In this document: positions 46,337 to 55,607 of the stretch, one piece after another
How positions within the stretch are numbered: the first letter of the stretch is position 1
How the letters are laid out: the number at the start of each line of letters is the position of its first letter
Assembly (NCBI GenBank): GCA_041493605.1
Contig: JBGPZD010000002.1
Span: forward strand, 1-60,224
Length of the DNA stretch: 60,224 nucleotides
DNA from: Candidatus Methylomirabilia bacterium
GTDB lineage: Bacteria; Methylomirabilota; Methylomirabilia; Rokubacteriales; CSP1-6
Reading direction: 5' to 3'
The notes under the pieces: generated by a model
Seen by the model: the letters and a program-made list of their open reading frames with translations, nothing else
Databases searched by the model: none
Told to the model about the DNA's origin: nothing
Translations under genes and position numbers: made by a program

Positions 46337-47413
46337 TCAGTGGGGAAACGGCCACAGGCGCAGCTTCTCCTTGGTGATCTGCCACAGCCGAGCGAGCCCG
46401 TGCGGCTCGACGATCAGGAAGAACAGGATGAGCCCGCCGAAGACCATGAGCTCGATCTGCTTCTGCAGCGCCACGGGGAGCCCCAGCCCGATCTTCTCCG
46501 GCGCGTTCGTCAGGAAGATCGGCACCAGGACGATGAACCCCGCCCCGAGGAAGGAGCCGAGGATGCTGCCGAGGCCTCCGATGATGACCATGAACAGGAC
46601 GAGGAACGAGAGGTTGATGTCGAAGGCCAGCGTCTCGACGCTTCCGAGGTAGAGAAAGACGATCTCGGCGCCGGCAACCCCGCAGTAGAACGAGCTGATC
46701 GCGAAGGCCAGGAGCTTGGTCCGGAGCGGCCGGATCCCGATGATCTCGGCCGCGATGTCTCGGTCACGGATGGCCATCCAGGACCGGCCGACCCGTCCCC
46801 GGACCAGGTTCTTGGCGATCGCAGCGAAGAGGACCACCAGGGCGAGCGCGGTCAGATATCGCGCGGTCGCCGTCGCCGCGGGACCCGTCACCATGAGTCC
46901 CAGCACGGTACGCGGCGGAGCCGTGATGGTGCCCGAGGAGGCGTAGTTGGTGAACCACGCCACCTTGTTGAAGAGCCAGAGGAGGAAGAACTGCGCCGCC
47001 AGCGTCGCCACCGCCAGGTAGAAGCCCTTGATCCGAAGACTCGGGACACCGAACACGACGCCGACGAGCGCGGCGATCACGCCCGAGAGCACGAAGACGA
47101 GCAGGATATTGAGCCCGGGGAAGGCGGTGCTGATCTTGAACGCGCTGTAGGCGCCGGCGGCCATGAACCCCCCGGTGCCGAGCGAGAGCTGCCCCGCGTA
47201 GCCCGTGAGGAGATTGAGCCCGATCGCGGCCAGCGCGTAGATCAGGAACGGGATCAGGACGGCCTGGAGCCAGTACTCGTTGGCCACCAGTGGCGGGACC
47301 ACGAAGGCCGCCAGCAGGAGCACGAGCACCACCCACCGGTCCTGGGCGATGGGGAAGACCGCCTGGTCGCTGGCGTACGTCGTCTTGAACTGGCCGGCCT
47401 CGCGATAGATCAC
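46337..47413 (-). CDS. HAAT-family ABC permease (LivM-like)
   Basis: 358 aa, GTG start. Contains LNLLTGYAGQLSLGTGGFMAAGAY and SLRIKGFYLAVATL. Confidence 0.9.
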   Translation of the reverse strand: MIYREAGQFKTTYASDQAVFPIAQDRWVVLVLLLAAFVVPPLVANEYWLQAVLIPFLIYALAAIGLNLLTGYAGQLSLGTGGFMAAGAYSAFKISTAFPGLNILLVFVLSGVIAALVGVVFGVPSLRIKGFYLAVATLAAQFFLLWLFNKVAWFTNYASSGTITAPPRTVLGLMVTGPAATATARYLTALALVVLFAAIAKNLVRGRVGRSWMAIRDRDIAAEIIGIRPLRTKLLAFAISSFYCGVAGAEIVFLYLGSVETLAFDINLSFLVLFMVIIGGLGSILGSFLGAGFIVLVPIFLTNAPEKIGLGLPVALQKQIELMVFGGLILFFLIVEPHGLARLWQITKEKLRLWPFPH

Positions 47414-47507
47414 GCTCGCTCCGCTCGCGTTCCTAGGGCCATTTCACCGCTCACCTCGTCACGCTCCTCGCCTGTGGCTCGTCGGCCGTGCCTCGGCTCG
47501 CACAACG
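47414..47507 (-). repeat. Conserved livH-livM intergenic element, copy B (94 nt)
   Basis: See copy A. The flanking permease genes are only about 40% identical at the protein level, whereas the core blocks are nearly identical. Confidence 0.7.
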
Positions 47508-48443
47508 CTAGACTCTCTCAATGACCCGTTCCCCGAAAAGACCCTGGGGGCGGAACAGCAGGAAGGCGAGCGCCAGCATGTAGGCGAACCAATTCTCGAT
47601 GGCGCCGCCGACCAGCGGGCCCCAGTAGACCTCGGCCAGCTTTTCCCCCACCCCGATGATGAGCCCGCCCACGATGGCGCCCGGCACCGAGGTGAAGCCG
47701 CCGAGAATCAGGACGGGCAGCGCCTTGAACGCGATGAGGGAGAGGCTGAACTGCACCCCGCTCTTGGCGCCCCACATGATGCCGGCGACGATGGCGACGA
47801 TGCCGGCCACCGACCAGACGACGACCCAGATGGTCTTGAGCGGGATGCCGATAGAGAGCGCCGCCTCGTGGTCGTCGGCCACCGCCCGGAGCGCCCGGCC
47901 CATGCGCGTCTTCTGGAAAAACACCGCCAGGATCGCCACCAGGATGCCCGCGGTGATGGCGGCCGTCATCTCCAGCTTGTTGACCTGCACCCCGGCCACA
48001 AGGAAGGACGTATCGGGAATCCCCACGTCCAGCTTCTTGACATTGCTCCCCCACAGCATCTCGCCGAAACCCTCGAGGAAGAAGTTCAATCCGATGGTAG
48101 CCATGAACAGGATGATTTGCTCCTGGTTCACGAGCGGTCGCAGCACGATGCGCTCGATGGCGAAGGCCAGCGCCACCATCACGAGCATGGTCAGGACGAG
48201 GGCGACGGGAATCGGGACGCCCCGCTCCATCAGCCCGACCAGGGTCAGCGCGGCGAACAGCACCATGACGCCCTGGGCGAAGTTGAAGACACCCGAGGCC
48301 TTGAAGATGAGCACGAAGCCCAGCGCCACCAGCGAGTACATGAGCCCCGCCGCGATGCCGCCGATCAGCACCTCGGCCAGGAAGCCGGGAGCCGTGAGCA
48401 TGTCCCGGAAGGGGCCGACGAAGACGCCGTAGAGCAGCTCCAT
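47508..48443 (-). CDS. HAAT-family ABC permease (LivH-like)
   Basis: 311 aa. Contains MYSLVALGFVLIFKASGVFNFAQG. C-terminus GERVIERV. Confidence 0.9.
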   Translation of the reverse strand: MELLYGVFVGPFRDMLTAPGFLAEVLIGGIAAGLMYSLVALGFVLIFKASGVFNFAQGVMVLFAALTLVGLMERGVPIPVALVLTMLVMVALAFAIERIVLRPLVNQEQIILFMATIGLNFFLEGFGEMLWGSNVKKLDVGIPDTSFLVAGVQVNKLEMTAAITAGILVAILAVFFQKTRMGRALRAVADDHEAALSIGIPLKTIWVVVWSVAGIVAIVAGIMWGAKSGVQFSLSLIAFKALPVLILGGFTSVPGAIVGGLIIGVGEKLAEVYWGPLVGGAIENWFAYMLALAFLLFRPQGLFGERVIERV

Positions 48444-48452
48444 GGCGTGTCC

Positions 48453-49640
48453 CTACTGCGGCTCCCCGAGATAGGCCCGGATCACCGCCGGGTCGGCGCG
48501 CACCTCGGTGGGGCTGCCCTCGGCGATCTTCGCGCCGTAGTCCAGCACCATCACCTGGCTCGAGATGTCCATCACCACGCCCATGTCGTGCTCGATAAGG
48601 ACGATCGTGGTGCCCCACTCGTCGTTGATGTCCAGGATGAAGCGGGCGATGTCCTCCTTCTCTTCCACGTTCATCCCCGCCATCGGCTCGTCCAGCAGGA
48701 GCAGCGTGGGCTCGGCGGCGAGCGCTCGGGCCAGCTCGACCCGCTTCTGCAGGCCGTAGGGCAGGCGCGCCGCCGGCATCTTCCGGATCCCCTCGATCTC
48801 CAGGAAGTCGATGATCCGCTCGACGAACGCCCGGTGGGCCATTTCCTGCTTCATCGACGGCCCCACGTAGAGCGCGTCGAGCAGAAAGCTTCCCTTCATC
48901 TTCAGCAGCCGTCCCGTCATGATGTTGTCGAGCACGCTCATGCCCTTGAACAGGGCCACGTTCTGGAAGGTCCGCGCGATGCCCAGCTCGGCGACCTCGT
49001 ACGCCTTCAGATCGGTCCGGTCCTTCCCCTGGAACAGGATTCGCCCCGCGTCGGGGCGGTAGAACCCGCTGATCACGTTCAACATGGAGGTCTTCCCGGC
49101 GCCGTTGGGACCGATGATCGAGAAGATCTCACCGGTCTCCACGTCGAAGCTGACCCCGCGGAGCGCCTTGATCCCGCCGAAGCTCACCGACACGTCCTCC
49201 ACGCGGAGGAGCGCCTCCGACGTCGACGCGCCCGTGACTTCGCGCCGCCTTCGCAGCTCGCCCAGGGCGACCAGGGCTTCCTCGCGGGTCTCGAACACGT
49301 TGGCCCGGAACTGCGCCAGCATGGCCCGCTCGCGGATCGTCTGGCGGTTCGCCGCCGACACGCCAAAGCGCACCGTGCCCAGGCCGTAGGTCACGTTCGC
49401 GTGCTTGCCGCGCGCGCCGAAGTGATCCCAGACGTCGTCGGCGATCGTGCAGTCCGTATAGTTCACGAGGAAGTACCAGCGCCGCTTCTTCGCCTCGAGC
49501 AGGCGGTCCACCTCGTCGTAGAAGGCGTCGATCTCCTCCTTGGAGCTGAATTTCATATTGGAGAAATCGACGTCGAGCACTTCGAGGGCCTCGATGATCT
49601 TGATCCTGTCCGCGAACCTGCCCTCGGCGGTCAGGGTCAT
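48453..49640 (-). CDS. HAAT-family ABC ATP-binding protein (LivG-like) with about 135-aa N-terminal domain of unknown function
   Basis: 395 aa. The ABC core runs from LLRVEDVSVSFGG..GPNGAGKTSMLN..LPYGLQKRVELARAL..LLDEPMAG. It is preceded by MTLTAEGRFADRIKIIEALEV..RWYFLVNYTDC..LGTVRFG, which has no counterpart in 43275..44078. Confidence 0.85.
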   Translation of the reverse strand: MTLTAEGRFADRIKIIEALEVLDVDFSNMKFSSKEEIDAFYDEVDRLLEAKKRRWYFLVNYTDCTIADDVWDHFGARGKHANVTYGLGTVRFGVSAANRQTIRERAMLAQFRANVFETREEALVALGELRRRREVTGASTSEALLRVEDVSVSFGGIKALRGVSFDVETGEIFSIIGPNGAGKTSMLNVISGFYRPDAGRILFQGKDRTDLKAYEVAELGIARTFQNVALFKGMSVLDNIMTGRLLKMKGSFLLDALYVGPSMKQEMAHRAFVERIIDFLEIEGIRKMPAARLPYGLQKRVELARALAAEPTLLLLDEPMAGMNVEEKEDIARFILDINDEWGTTIVLIEHDMGVVMDISSQVMVLDYGAKIAEGSPTEVRADPAVIRAYLGEPQ

Positions 49641-51631
49641 CGCCGGGCTCCCGCCGCTTCGGCCGGTTCCACGTCCCGGATCCTGACGTCGGCACGGACC
49701 GTCCCGGTCCGCCCGTCCTCGTAGGTGACCTTGGCCTCGACCTTTATGTGGTCGGCGTCCGAGTAGAGCGCGTCGATGAGGGGTTTGTACTTCTCCGCGA
49801 TGAACCCTCTTCGCAGCTTGCGGGTCCGGGTCATCTCCTGATCGTCCGCGTCGAGCTCTTTGTGCAGGATGAGGTACTTGCGGATCTGCGCTCCCCGCAG
49901 GAGCTCGTCCTCACCGAGGCTCTTGTTGACCCGGACAATCTCCGGATAGATCAGCTCGTAGACCTCCGGCATCTGGGCGAGGTCGGCGTAGCTCGTATAA
50001 GGAATGTTCCGCCGCTCCGCCCAGCTGCCGACGGCCGCCAGGTCGATGTTGATCAGGGCGCTCACGTAGGTGCTCCCCTGGCCGACACACATGGCTTCCT
50101 TGATGAACGGCGAGAACTTGAGCTTGTTCTCGATGAATTTCGGCGGGAACAGCGTGCCGTCCGCGAGCCGGGAGACATCCTTCGCGCGATCGATGATCTT
50201 GAGGTGCCCGTCGTGGTCGATGAACCCCGCGTCTCCGGTGTGGACCCAGCCGTCCTCCATCATCTCCCGGGTCGCGTCGGGGTTCTTGTAGTATCCCTGG
50301 AACGTCCCCGGGCTGCGGAAGAGCACCTCCCCCTCCCCGGAAATCCGGATCTCCACCCCGGGGATCGGCGTCCCCACCGTGTCGAGCCGCGCGTCGCCGT
50401 CCTTCTGGATGGCGACGAAGACGCTCGACTCCGTCATGCCGTAGAGCTGCTTGACGTTGATCCCGAGCGCGCGGAAGAAGAGGAAGATCTCGGGGCCGAT
50501 GGCCTCGCCGGCCGTGTAGGCGAGGCGAATGCGCCGCATGCCCAGGTTGTCCTTCAGCGGCTCGTACACAAGGGGATGCCCCAACGCGTACAGCAGGCGC
50601 AGCCGCATCGGCACCGGGCGGCCGGTGAGCCGCCGTCGCTCGATCGCCTGGGCCACGTCCAGGAAAAAGTGGAAGAGCCTGCGTTTGATCCAGGAGGCGT
50701 CCTCGATGCGGATCATCACGCTGGTCAGGACGTTCTCCCAGATGCGCGGCGGGGCGAAGAAGTACGTGGGCCCGATCTCCTTCAGGTCGTGGAGCACGGT
50801 GGCCGCGCTCTCGGGGCAGTTCACCGCGAAACCCGTCAGGATGCACTGCGCGTAGGAGAAGATGTGGTCCCCCACCCAGGCCATGGGCAGGTAGGCGAGC
50901 ACCTCGTCGTCACGGCGCAAGCCTTCCTGGGACGCCGCGGTCCGTCCGGTCACGATGAGGTTTCGGTGTGAGAGCATGACGCCCTTCGGGGTGCCGGTGG
51001 TTCCCGACGTGTAGCAGATGACCGCCATATCGTCGGCCCGGCCCTTGGAGATCTGGTCCTCGAAATACGTCGGGTTCTCGGCGGCAAACTTCCTGCCGAG
51101 CTCGTGCAACCGCTCGAAGCTCACGAGGAAAGGCTGGGTGTAGTGGCGCAATCCGCGAGGATCGTCGTAGATGATCCACTCCAGGCGGGGGCACTGGTCC
51201 TTGAGGTGCAGCAGCTTGTCCACCTGCTCCTGGTCCTCGACGACGGCGAAGCGCGCCTCGGCGTGGTCGACGATGAACTGCATCTCCTTCTCGATCGAGT
51301 CCTGGTAGAGCGGCACCGGCACCCCGCCCAGGGCCTGGGTCCCCAGCATGGCCCAGTAGAGCTGGGGGCGATTGTCGCCGACCACCGCCGTCTTGTCCCC
51401 GCGCGCGAACCCGAGGGCGGCCAGCCCGAGGGCAATGAGCCGGGCCTGCTCGAGATAGTCCTTCCACGTGTAGGACAGCCAGATCCCAAGATCCTTCTCG
51501 CGGATCGCGACCTTCCGCGGCCAGTCCCGCGCGTTCCGCGCGACCAGCTTGGGGAAGGTGTCGAGAGCGGGGTCGAGCGCCACGGTTTGCGGGGCTGCCG
51601 GGCTAACGGTGGGCACGATCGCGGCGGCCAT
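49637..51631 (-). CDS. Long-chain acyl-CoA synthetase (AMP-forming) embedded in an ABC operon
   Basis: 664 aa. Paralog of 41366..43294, with YTSGTTGTPKGVM, YGMTESS and WVHTGDAG. Confidence 0.88.
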   Translation of the reverse strand: MAAAIVPTVSPAAPQTVALDPALDTFPKLVARNARDWPRKVAIREKDLGIWLSYTWKDYLEQARLIALGLAALGFARGDKTAVVGDNRPQLYWAMLGTQALGGVPVPLYQDSIEKEMQFIVDHAEARFAVVEDQEQVDKLLHLKDQCPRLEWIIYDDPRGLRHYTQPFLVSFERLHELGRKFAAENPTYFEDQISKGRADDMAVICYTSGTTGTPKGVMLSHRNLIVTGRTAASQEGLRRDDEVLAYLPMAWVGDHIFSYAQCILTGFAVNCPESAATVLHDLKEIGPTYFFAPPRIWENVLTSVMIRIEDASWIKRRLFHFFLDVAQAIERRRLTGRPVPMRLRLLYALGHPLVYEPLKDNLGMRRIRLAYTAGEAIGPEIFLFFRALGINVKQLYGMTESSVFVAIQKDGDARLDTVGTPIPGVEIRISGEGEVLFRSPGTFQGYYKNPDATREMMEDGWVHTGDAGFIDHDGHLKIIDRAKDVSRLADGTLFPPKFIENKLKFSPFIKEAMCVGQGSTYVSALINIDLAAVGSWAERRNIPYTSYADLAQMPEVYELIYPEIVRVNKSLGEDELLRGAQIRKYLILHKELDADDQEMTRTRKLRRGFIAEKYKPLIDALYSDADHIKVEAKVTYEDGRTGTVRADVRIRDVEPAEAAGARR

Positions 51632-52425
51632 CAGGCTTTCGCGGTCCTGCCGATGATGGTCTTGGCCGGGTCGATCTGCTCGCGCAGGATGCTCAGCTCC
51701 TTGGCGCTCGGGGGCGCCAGCTGCTCGACCGTCGTGGCCACCAGCGGCTTGAAGTCCATCTCGGCGAGGACGTCCTCGGCCTTGAGGCCTTCAAGCACTC
51801 CCAGCAAAGTCATCTTGTGAGTGTCCTCGTCGAAGCCGAACAGGGCCTTGGACGTGACGACGCGCCAGGGCCCCGTATCGGCCGGCAGTCCCGCCCGCTC
51901 GCGGGCCTCCGGGGTGCCGTCGAGATAGCCCGGCGAGGTCACAAAGTCCACCCGCGGCACGAAGCGCCGCTTCTCGTGCATCATGATCACGATGGTCTTC
52001 CAGCAGAACGACGCGACCTCGTTGGCGCCGCCGGAGCCCGGGAAGCGCTTCTTGGGCTTGCGGTAATCGCTCCCCAGCATGGTCGAGTTGATATTGCCGT
52101 AGAGGTCGATCTGGGTGGCGCCGAGGACTCCGTAGTCGATGAGCCCCAGCTGGGCCTGGGCGAAGATCTGGTTCATGGTGGTGAAGGCCAGGGACCGGTA
52201 GCAGTTCGACGGGCCGCCCATGGTATTGCGCACGAAGGGCGTGAGCGGCTCCGACCCGATGGCGCCGAATTCAAAGACCTGCACCAGCTGGGGCGCCTGC
52301 AGGCGCTGGGCGAGGATGGCGGCCACCTGGGGCAGGCCGAAGCCGATGAAGGCGGTCTTCTGGTCCTCGAGCAGGCGCGCGCAGAGCGCGATCAGGAACT
52401 CGGCTTCCGTGAAGTCGGCGCTCAC
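51631..52425 (-). CDS. CoA-transferase subunit B (glutaconate CoA-transferase GctB-like)
   Basis: Tail of ORF 51631..53016 from GTG 52423-52425 (M-SADFTEAEFLI). GTGA overlap with subunit A. GSGGANEV motif. Confidence 0.8.
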   Translation of the reverse strand: MSADFTEAEFLIALCARLLEDQKTAFIGFGLPQVAAILAQRLQAPQLVQVFEFGAIGSEPLTPFVRNTMGGPSNCYRSLAFTTMNQIFAQAQLGLIDYGVLGATQIDLYGNINSTMLGSDYRKPKKRFPGSGGANEVASFCWKTIVIMMHEKRRFVPRVDFVTSPGYLDGTPEARERAGLPADTGPWRVVTSKALFGFDEDTHKMTLLGVLEGLKAEDVLAEMDFKPLVATTVEQLAPPSAKELSILREQIDPAKTIIGRTAKA

Positions 52426-53390
52426 CGGTACCCCTCGCGGATCGTCGCGCGGCGGCGCAGGCCGTTGAGCCGCTCGAGCCCCACCCGCTTCTCCAGCATC
52501 TCGGTGTTGGAGCCCACCGAGTAGACGTACTTGTCCAGGTACTCCTTCAGCCGTCCCTGGCGCTCGAGCGTCGTGTATTCGCCGAAGTGCTCGAAGTCCA
52601 TCTCGTAGAGGCCCTGCACCCCGCCCGGGTAGGCGCCGAAGGGGGCGAAGACCACGGCGTCCACCATGTAGTACGGGATCGTGGTCTTGGCCGGATCCCT
52701 TCGGATGTCGTCGTGGTCGACGATCTCGTCGGCGCTGATGATCACCCGGCGCGAGGCCATGGCCGTCTCGAGCGGCGAGACGCCCGGGCCGAAGCAGCGG
52801 GCATTGCCGTAGATGTCGGCCTGGTGGACGTGGACGAGCCCGACCTCCGGATTCAAGGCGGGCACCAGGGCCAGGGGCTTGCCGCCGAACGGATCCGTGA
52901 CCACCTTGGCCCCGGAGTACGTCAGGGTGTCCGAGCCCAGCAGGGCGCGCGTCGGCAGGAAGGGAACGCCCATGGCGCCCGCCTGGTGGCGGAGGGTCAG
53001 GGTGCCGTTGGTCCACTCGCTCACCTGGATCTGGCCCGCCTCCACCGCCCGGTTGAGCGTCTCCCCCAACCCCATGAAGCCCACGTCGATCTTCGACAGG
53101 GCCCCCGCCGCGGCCAGCAGGGTGGACTCCATCAAGGTAAACTTCGCGCAGTACCAGAGGTTCCGCCGCCCCTGGCGGATGATCTCGCGGATGAGGCAGA
53201 GCGGGCCCCGGGTGAACGACGAGAAATCGAAGGACACGTAGTCGCCGTCCTTGACGAACCGGGAGACGGCCTCAGCCTCGGTGACCGTCTTGTCGACAAA
53301 GTCGCGGCGCTTGTGATCGCGCATCCAGGCGCGGATCACATCGGGATCCGTGAAGCGAAATTCGCCTACGCCGTTGGAGAGAATCTCCAC
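52422..53390 (-). CDS. CoA-transferase subunit A (glutaconate CoA-transferase GctA-like)
   Basis: 322 aa. The layout is typical of the family I CoA-transferase alpha subunit (GDYVSFDFSSF.., VHVHQADIYGN). Confidence 0.8.
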   Translation of the reverse strand: MEILSNGVGEFRFTDPDVIRAWMRDHKRRDFVDKTVTEAEAVSRFVKDGDYVSFDFSSFTRGPLCLIREIIRQGRRNLWYCAKFTLMESTLLAAAGALSKIDVGFMGLGETLNRAVEAGQIQVSEWTNGTLTLRHQAGAMGVPFLPTRALLGSDTLTYSGAKVVTDPFGGKPLALVPALNPEVGLVHVHQADIYGNARCFGPGVSPLETAMASRRVIISADEIVDHDDIRRDPAKTTIPYYMVDAVVFAPFGAYPGGVQGLYEMDFEHFGEYTTLERQGRLKEYLDKYVYSVGSNTEMLEKRVGLERLNGLRRRATIREGYR

Positions 53391-53533
53391 ACTCGTCCAG
53401 GCCCTGTCCCGATCGTTGGGGGAACCACCGTGCCGGAGCGGTGAAGTGGCGAGAGTCTAGCCGAGCCGCCGGAGGGTGTCAAGCACTTCGCTCAGGAAGA
53501 CAAGGGTTTACGGCTCATCGGCGACCAGCGGAG

Positions 53534-53539
53534 TAGAAT
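53534..53539 (+). promoter_or_regulatory. -10-like TAGAAT, 9 nt upstream of ATG 53549
   Basis: Read directly from the sequence. There is no SD. Confidence 0.35.
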
Positions 53540-53548
53540 GGCTGCCGG

Positions 53549-53872
53549 ATGAACGGCTGGGTCCTTTCGGTAGCGCTGGCGGGGCTCTCGATGATGGCCC
53601 AAGGGGACCTGGATTGCGCCCGGCCGGCCCAGTCTCGGACCTATATCGCCAAGCTCAGGCTGGCCGAGTTCGAGTGGGCCGAGGACGTCCACCGGGAGGC
53701 GATGTGGCAGGCCTTTGGGCGCTGCCCGTCGGGCCCCAGGCAGGCTGCCTGCCGCGCCGAACAGCAGAAGCGCTTTGACGCGGAGTGGCAAACAACCAAG
53801 GCCGGCATCGAGGCCAAGTACAAGAAGATGGAGGAGGACTTCGAGGTCCGCTGCCGGGCCTCCGTCACCTAG
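53549..53872 (+). CDS. Hypothetical small secreted Cys-containing protein (107 aa)
   Basis: Signal-like N-terminus MNGWVLSVALAGLSMMAQG. Four Cys. TAGAAT lies 9 nt upstream of the ATG. Confidence 0.5.
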   Translation: MNGWVLSVALAGLSMMAQGDLDCARPAQSRTYIAKLRLAEFEWAEDVHREAMWQAFGRCPSGPRQAACRAEQQKRFDAEWQTTKAGIEAKYKKMEEDFEVRCRASVT

Positions 53873-53892
53873 CCTCGGCCCGTCTCCACCCC

Positions 53893-55077
53893 TTAGATGA
53901 TGCCTCGCTCCTTGAGCGCCCGCTGCTCGGCTTCGGTGTAGCCCAGCTCCGTCAGGATCTCGGCCGTGTGCTGGCCGAGGAGCGGCGCCGGCCGGTCCAC
54001 GGCCCCCGGCGTGTCGGAGAGCTTCACCGGCACGCCCAGCGCCTTGATGGGGCCGGCGCCCGGATGCACGAGATCCACGACCATCCGGCGGGACAGAGTG
54101 TGGGGGTCCGACAGCGCCTCGGGATAGGTATTGATCGGACCGGCGGGCACGCCCTCCGCGTCCAGCCGCTCGAGCCAGTGGGCCCGCGTCTCCCCCACCG
54201 TGGTCTTCTCGATCTCGGGGATGAGCGCGGCGCGGTTCTCCAGCCGCGCCGCCGCGCGCGCAAAGCGTGGATCGTCGAGCAAGTCCGGGCGCGTGATGGC
54301 GCGGCAGAAACCTTCGAACAATTTGTCGTTGTTGGCGCCAACGGTGAAATAGCCGTCGCCGGCTCTCAACGCTTGATAGGGCGCCGACAGCCGGTGAGCC
54401 GATCCCAGCGGCTTGGGAGGCACGCCCGTCACCCAGTACTCGCTCGACTCCCACACGGTGAGCGCCATGGCCGCTTCGAGGAGCGAGGTGTCCACGAACT
54501 GCCCTGCTCCCGTGCGCTCGCGGTACTCGAGCGCGCAGAGGATCCCGTAGGCGCCGAAGAGGCCGGCCGCCAAGTCGCTGATCGGCACGCCGGCCTTGGC
54601 GGGCGGGCCGTCCTCGTCGCCGGTCACGCTGATGATGCCGCTCATGCCCTGGGCGATCAGATCGTAGCCGCCGCGCGAGGCATAGGGCCCGGTGGCGCCG
54701 AAACCGCTGATGGCGCAGTAGACGAGCCGCGGGTTCACGGCCCTCAGCGCCTCGTAGCCCAAGCCGAGGCGGGCAACCACGCCGGGCCGGTAGTTCTGGA
54801 CGAAGACGTCGGCGGTCTTGGCCAGCCGCTTGACGATCTCGACGCCTTCTGACTGCTTGAGGTCGGCCGTGAGGCCGCGCTTGTTGCGATTGATCGTCAT
54901 GAAGGAAGCGCTGTGGCCGTTTTTCTGCGCGTGCCCCAGCCGGCGCGTGGGCTCCCCCTCCCCCGGCGGCTCCACCTTGATCACGTCGGCGCCCATGTCG
55001 GCCAGGTTGAGCGTGCAGAAGGGCGCGGCCATGGCCTGGGTCAGATCGATGATGCGGATGCCTTCCAGCGGCTTCAC
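53893..55077 (-). CDS. Family III CoA-transferase (CaiB/BaiF)
   Basis: Tail of ORF 53893..55686 from GTG 55075-55077 (M-KPLEGIRIIDLTQAMAAPFC). Contains ADVIKVEPP, YCAISGFG and GYDLIAQGMSG. GTGA overlap with the upstream gene. Confidence 0.9.
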   Translation of the reverse strand: MKPLEGIRIIDLTQAMAAPFCTLNLADMGADVIKVEPPGEGEPTRRLGHAQKNGHSASFMTINRNKRGLTADLKQSEGVEIVKRLAKTADVFVQNYRPGVVARLGLGYEALRAVNPRLVYCAISGFGATGPYASRGGYDLIAQGMSGIISVTGDEDGPPAKAGVPISDLAAGLFGAYGILCALEYRERTGAGQFVDTSLLEAAMALTVWESSEYWVTGVPPKPLGSAHRLSAPYQALRAGDGYFTVGANNDKLFEGFCRAITRPDLLDDPRFARAAARLENRAALIPEIEKTTVGETRAHWLERLDAEGVPAGPINTYPEALSDPHTLSRRMVVDLVHPGAGPIKALGVPVKLSDTPGAVDRPAPLLGQHTAEILTELGYTEAEQRALKERGII

Positions 55078-55607
55078 GGCCCGATCACCCGCGGCTGGGG
55101 CGGCTGATAGTCGCGCTGCCAGAGCGCCAGGTACTCGCGGGCGTTGCGCCGGACGTCCTCGATCTCTTCGTCGCTCATCTTCCGCACAGGCTTGGCCGGC
55201 ACGCCCATGACGAGCCACCCCGCCGGCACGACCTTGCCGGGCGGGACCAGGGCGCCGGCCCCGACCTGAGCGCCCTCCTCGACCACCGCGCCCGTCAGCA
55301 CCACGGCGCCGATGCCGATGCGGACATTGTCCATGATGGTGCAGGCGTGGACGACGCACCCGTGACCGATGGTCACGCCGGCGCCCACGATGCACGGAAA
55401 CTCGGGCGTGACGTGGAGGACCGAGTTGTCCTGGACATTGGAGTTGCGGCCGAGCCGCACGTAATTGTCCTGGTCCCCCCGCAGCACGGTGAAGGGCCAG
55501 ACGCTGGCGCCTTCTTCGATGATGACGTCGCCGATCACTTGGGCGGCGGGATCCACGAAGGCGCCCGGATGGATGCGCGGCTTGCGCCCCGGGACCTCGC
55601 GGATCAT
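55074..55607 (-). CDS. Gamma-carbonic-anhydrase-like / hexapeptide-repeat (LbH) protein
   Basis: 177 aa. Contains IHPGAFVDPAAQVIGDVII, LRGD and repeated hexapeptide turns. PaaY/YrdA-like. Confidence 0.85.
   Translation of the reverse strand: MIREVPGRKPRIHPGAFVDPAAQVIGDVIIEEGASVWPFTVLRGDQDNYVRLGRNSNVQDNSVLHVTPEFPCIVGAGVTIGHGCVVHACTIMDNVRIGIGAVVLTGAVVEEGAQVGAGALVPPGKVVPAGWLVMGVPAKPVRKMSDEEIEDVRRNAREYLALWQRDYQPPQPRVIGP

Noticed and set aside
53425-53462. GGAGCGGTGAAGTGGCGAGAGTCTAGC resembles the reverse complement of the core (GAGCGGTGAAATGG) of the livH-livM element, and also the GAGAGTCTAG end of livH.
   Set aside because: Only about 12-13 nt match, the orientation relative to the adjacent gene is opposite, and the flanks do not align. 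This is probably chance, and a genome-wide search would be needed to settle it.
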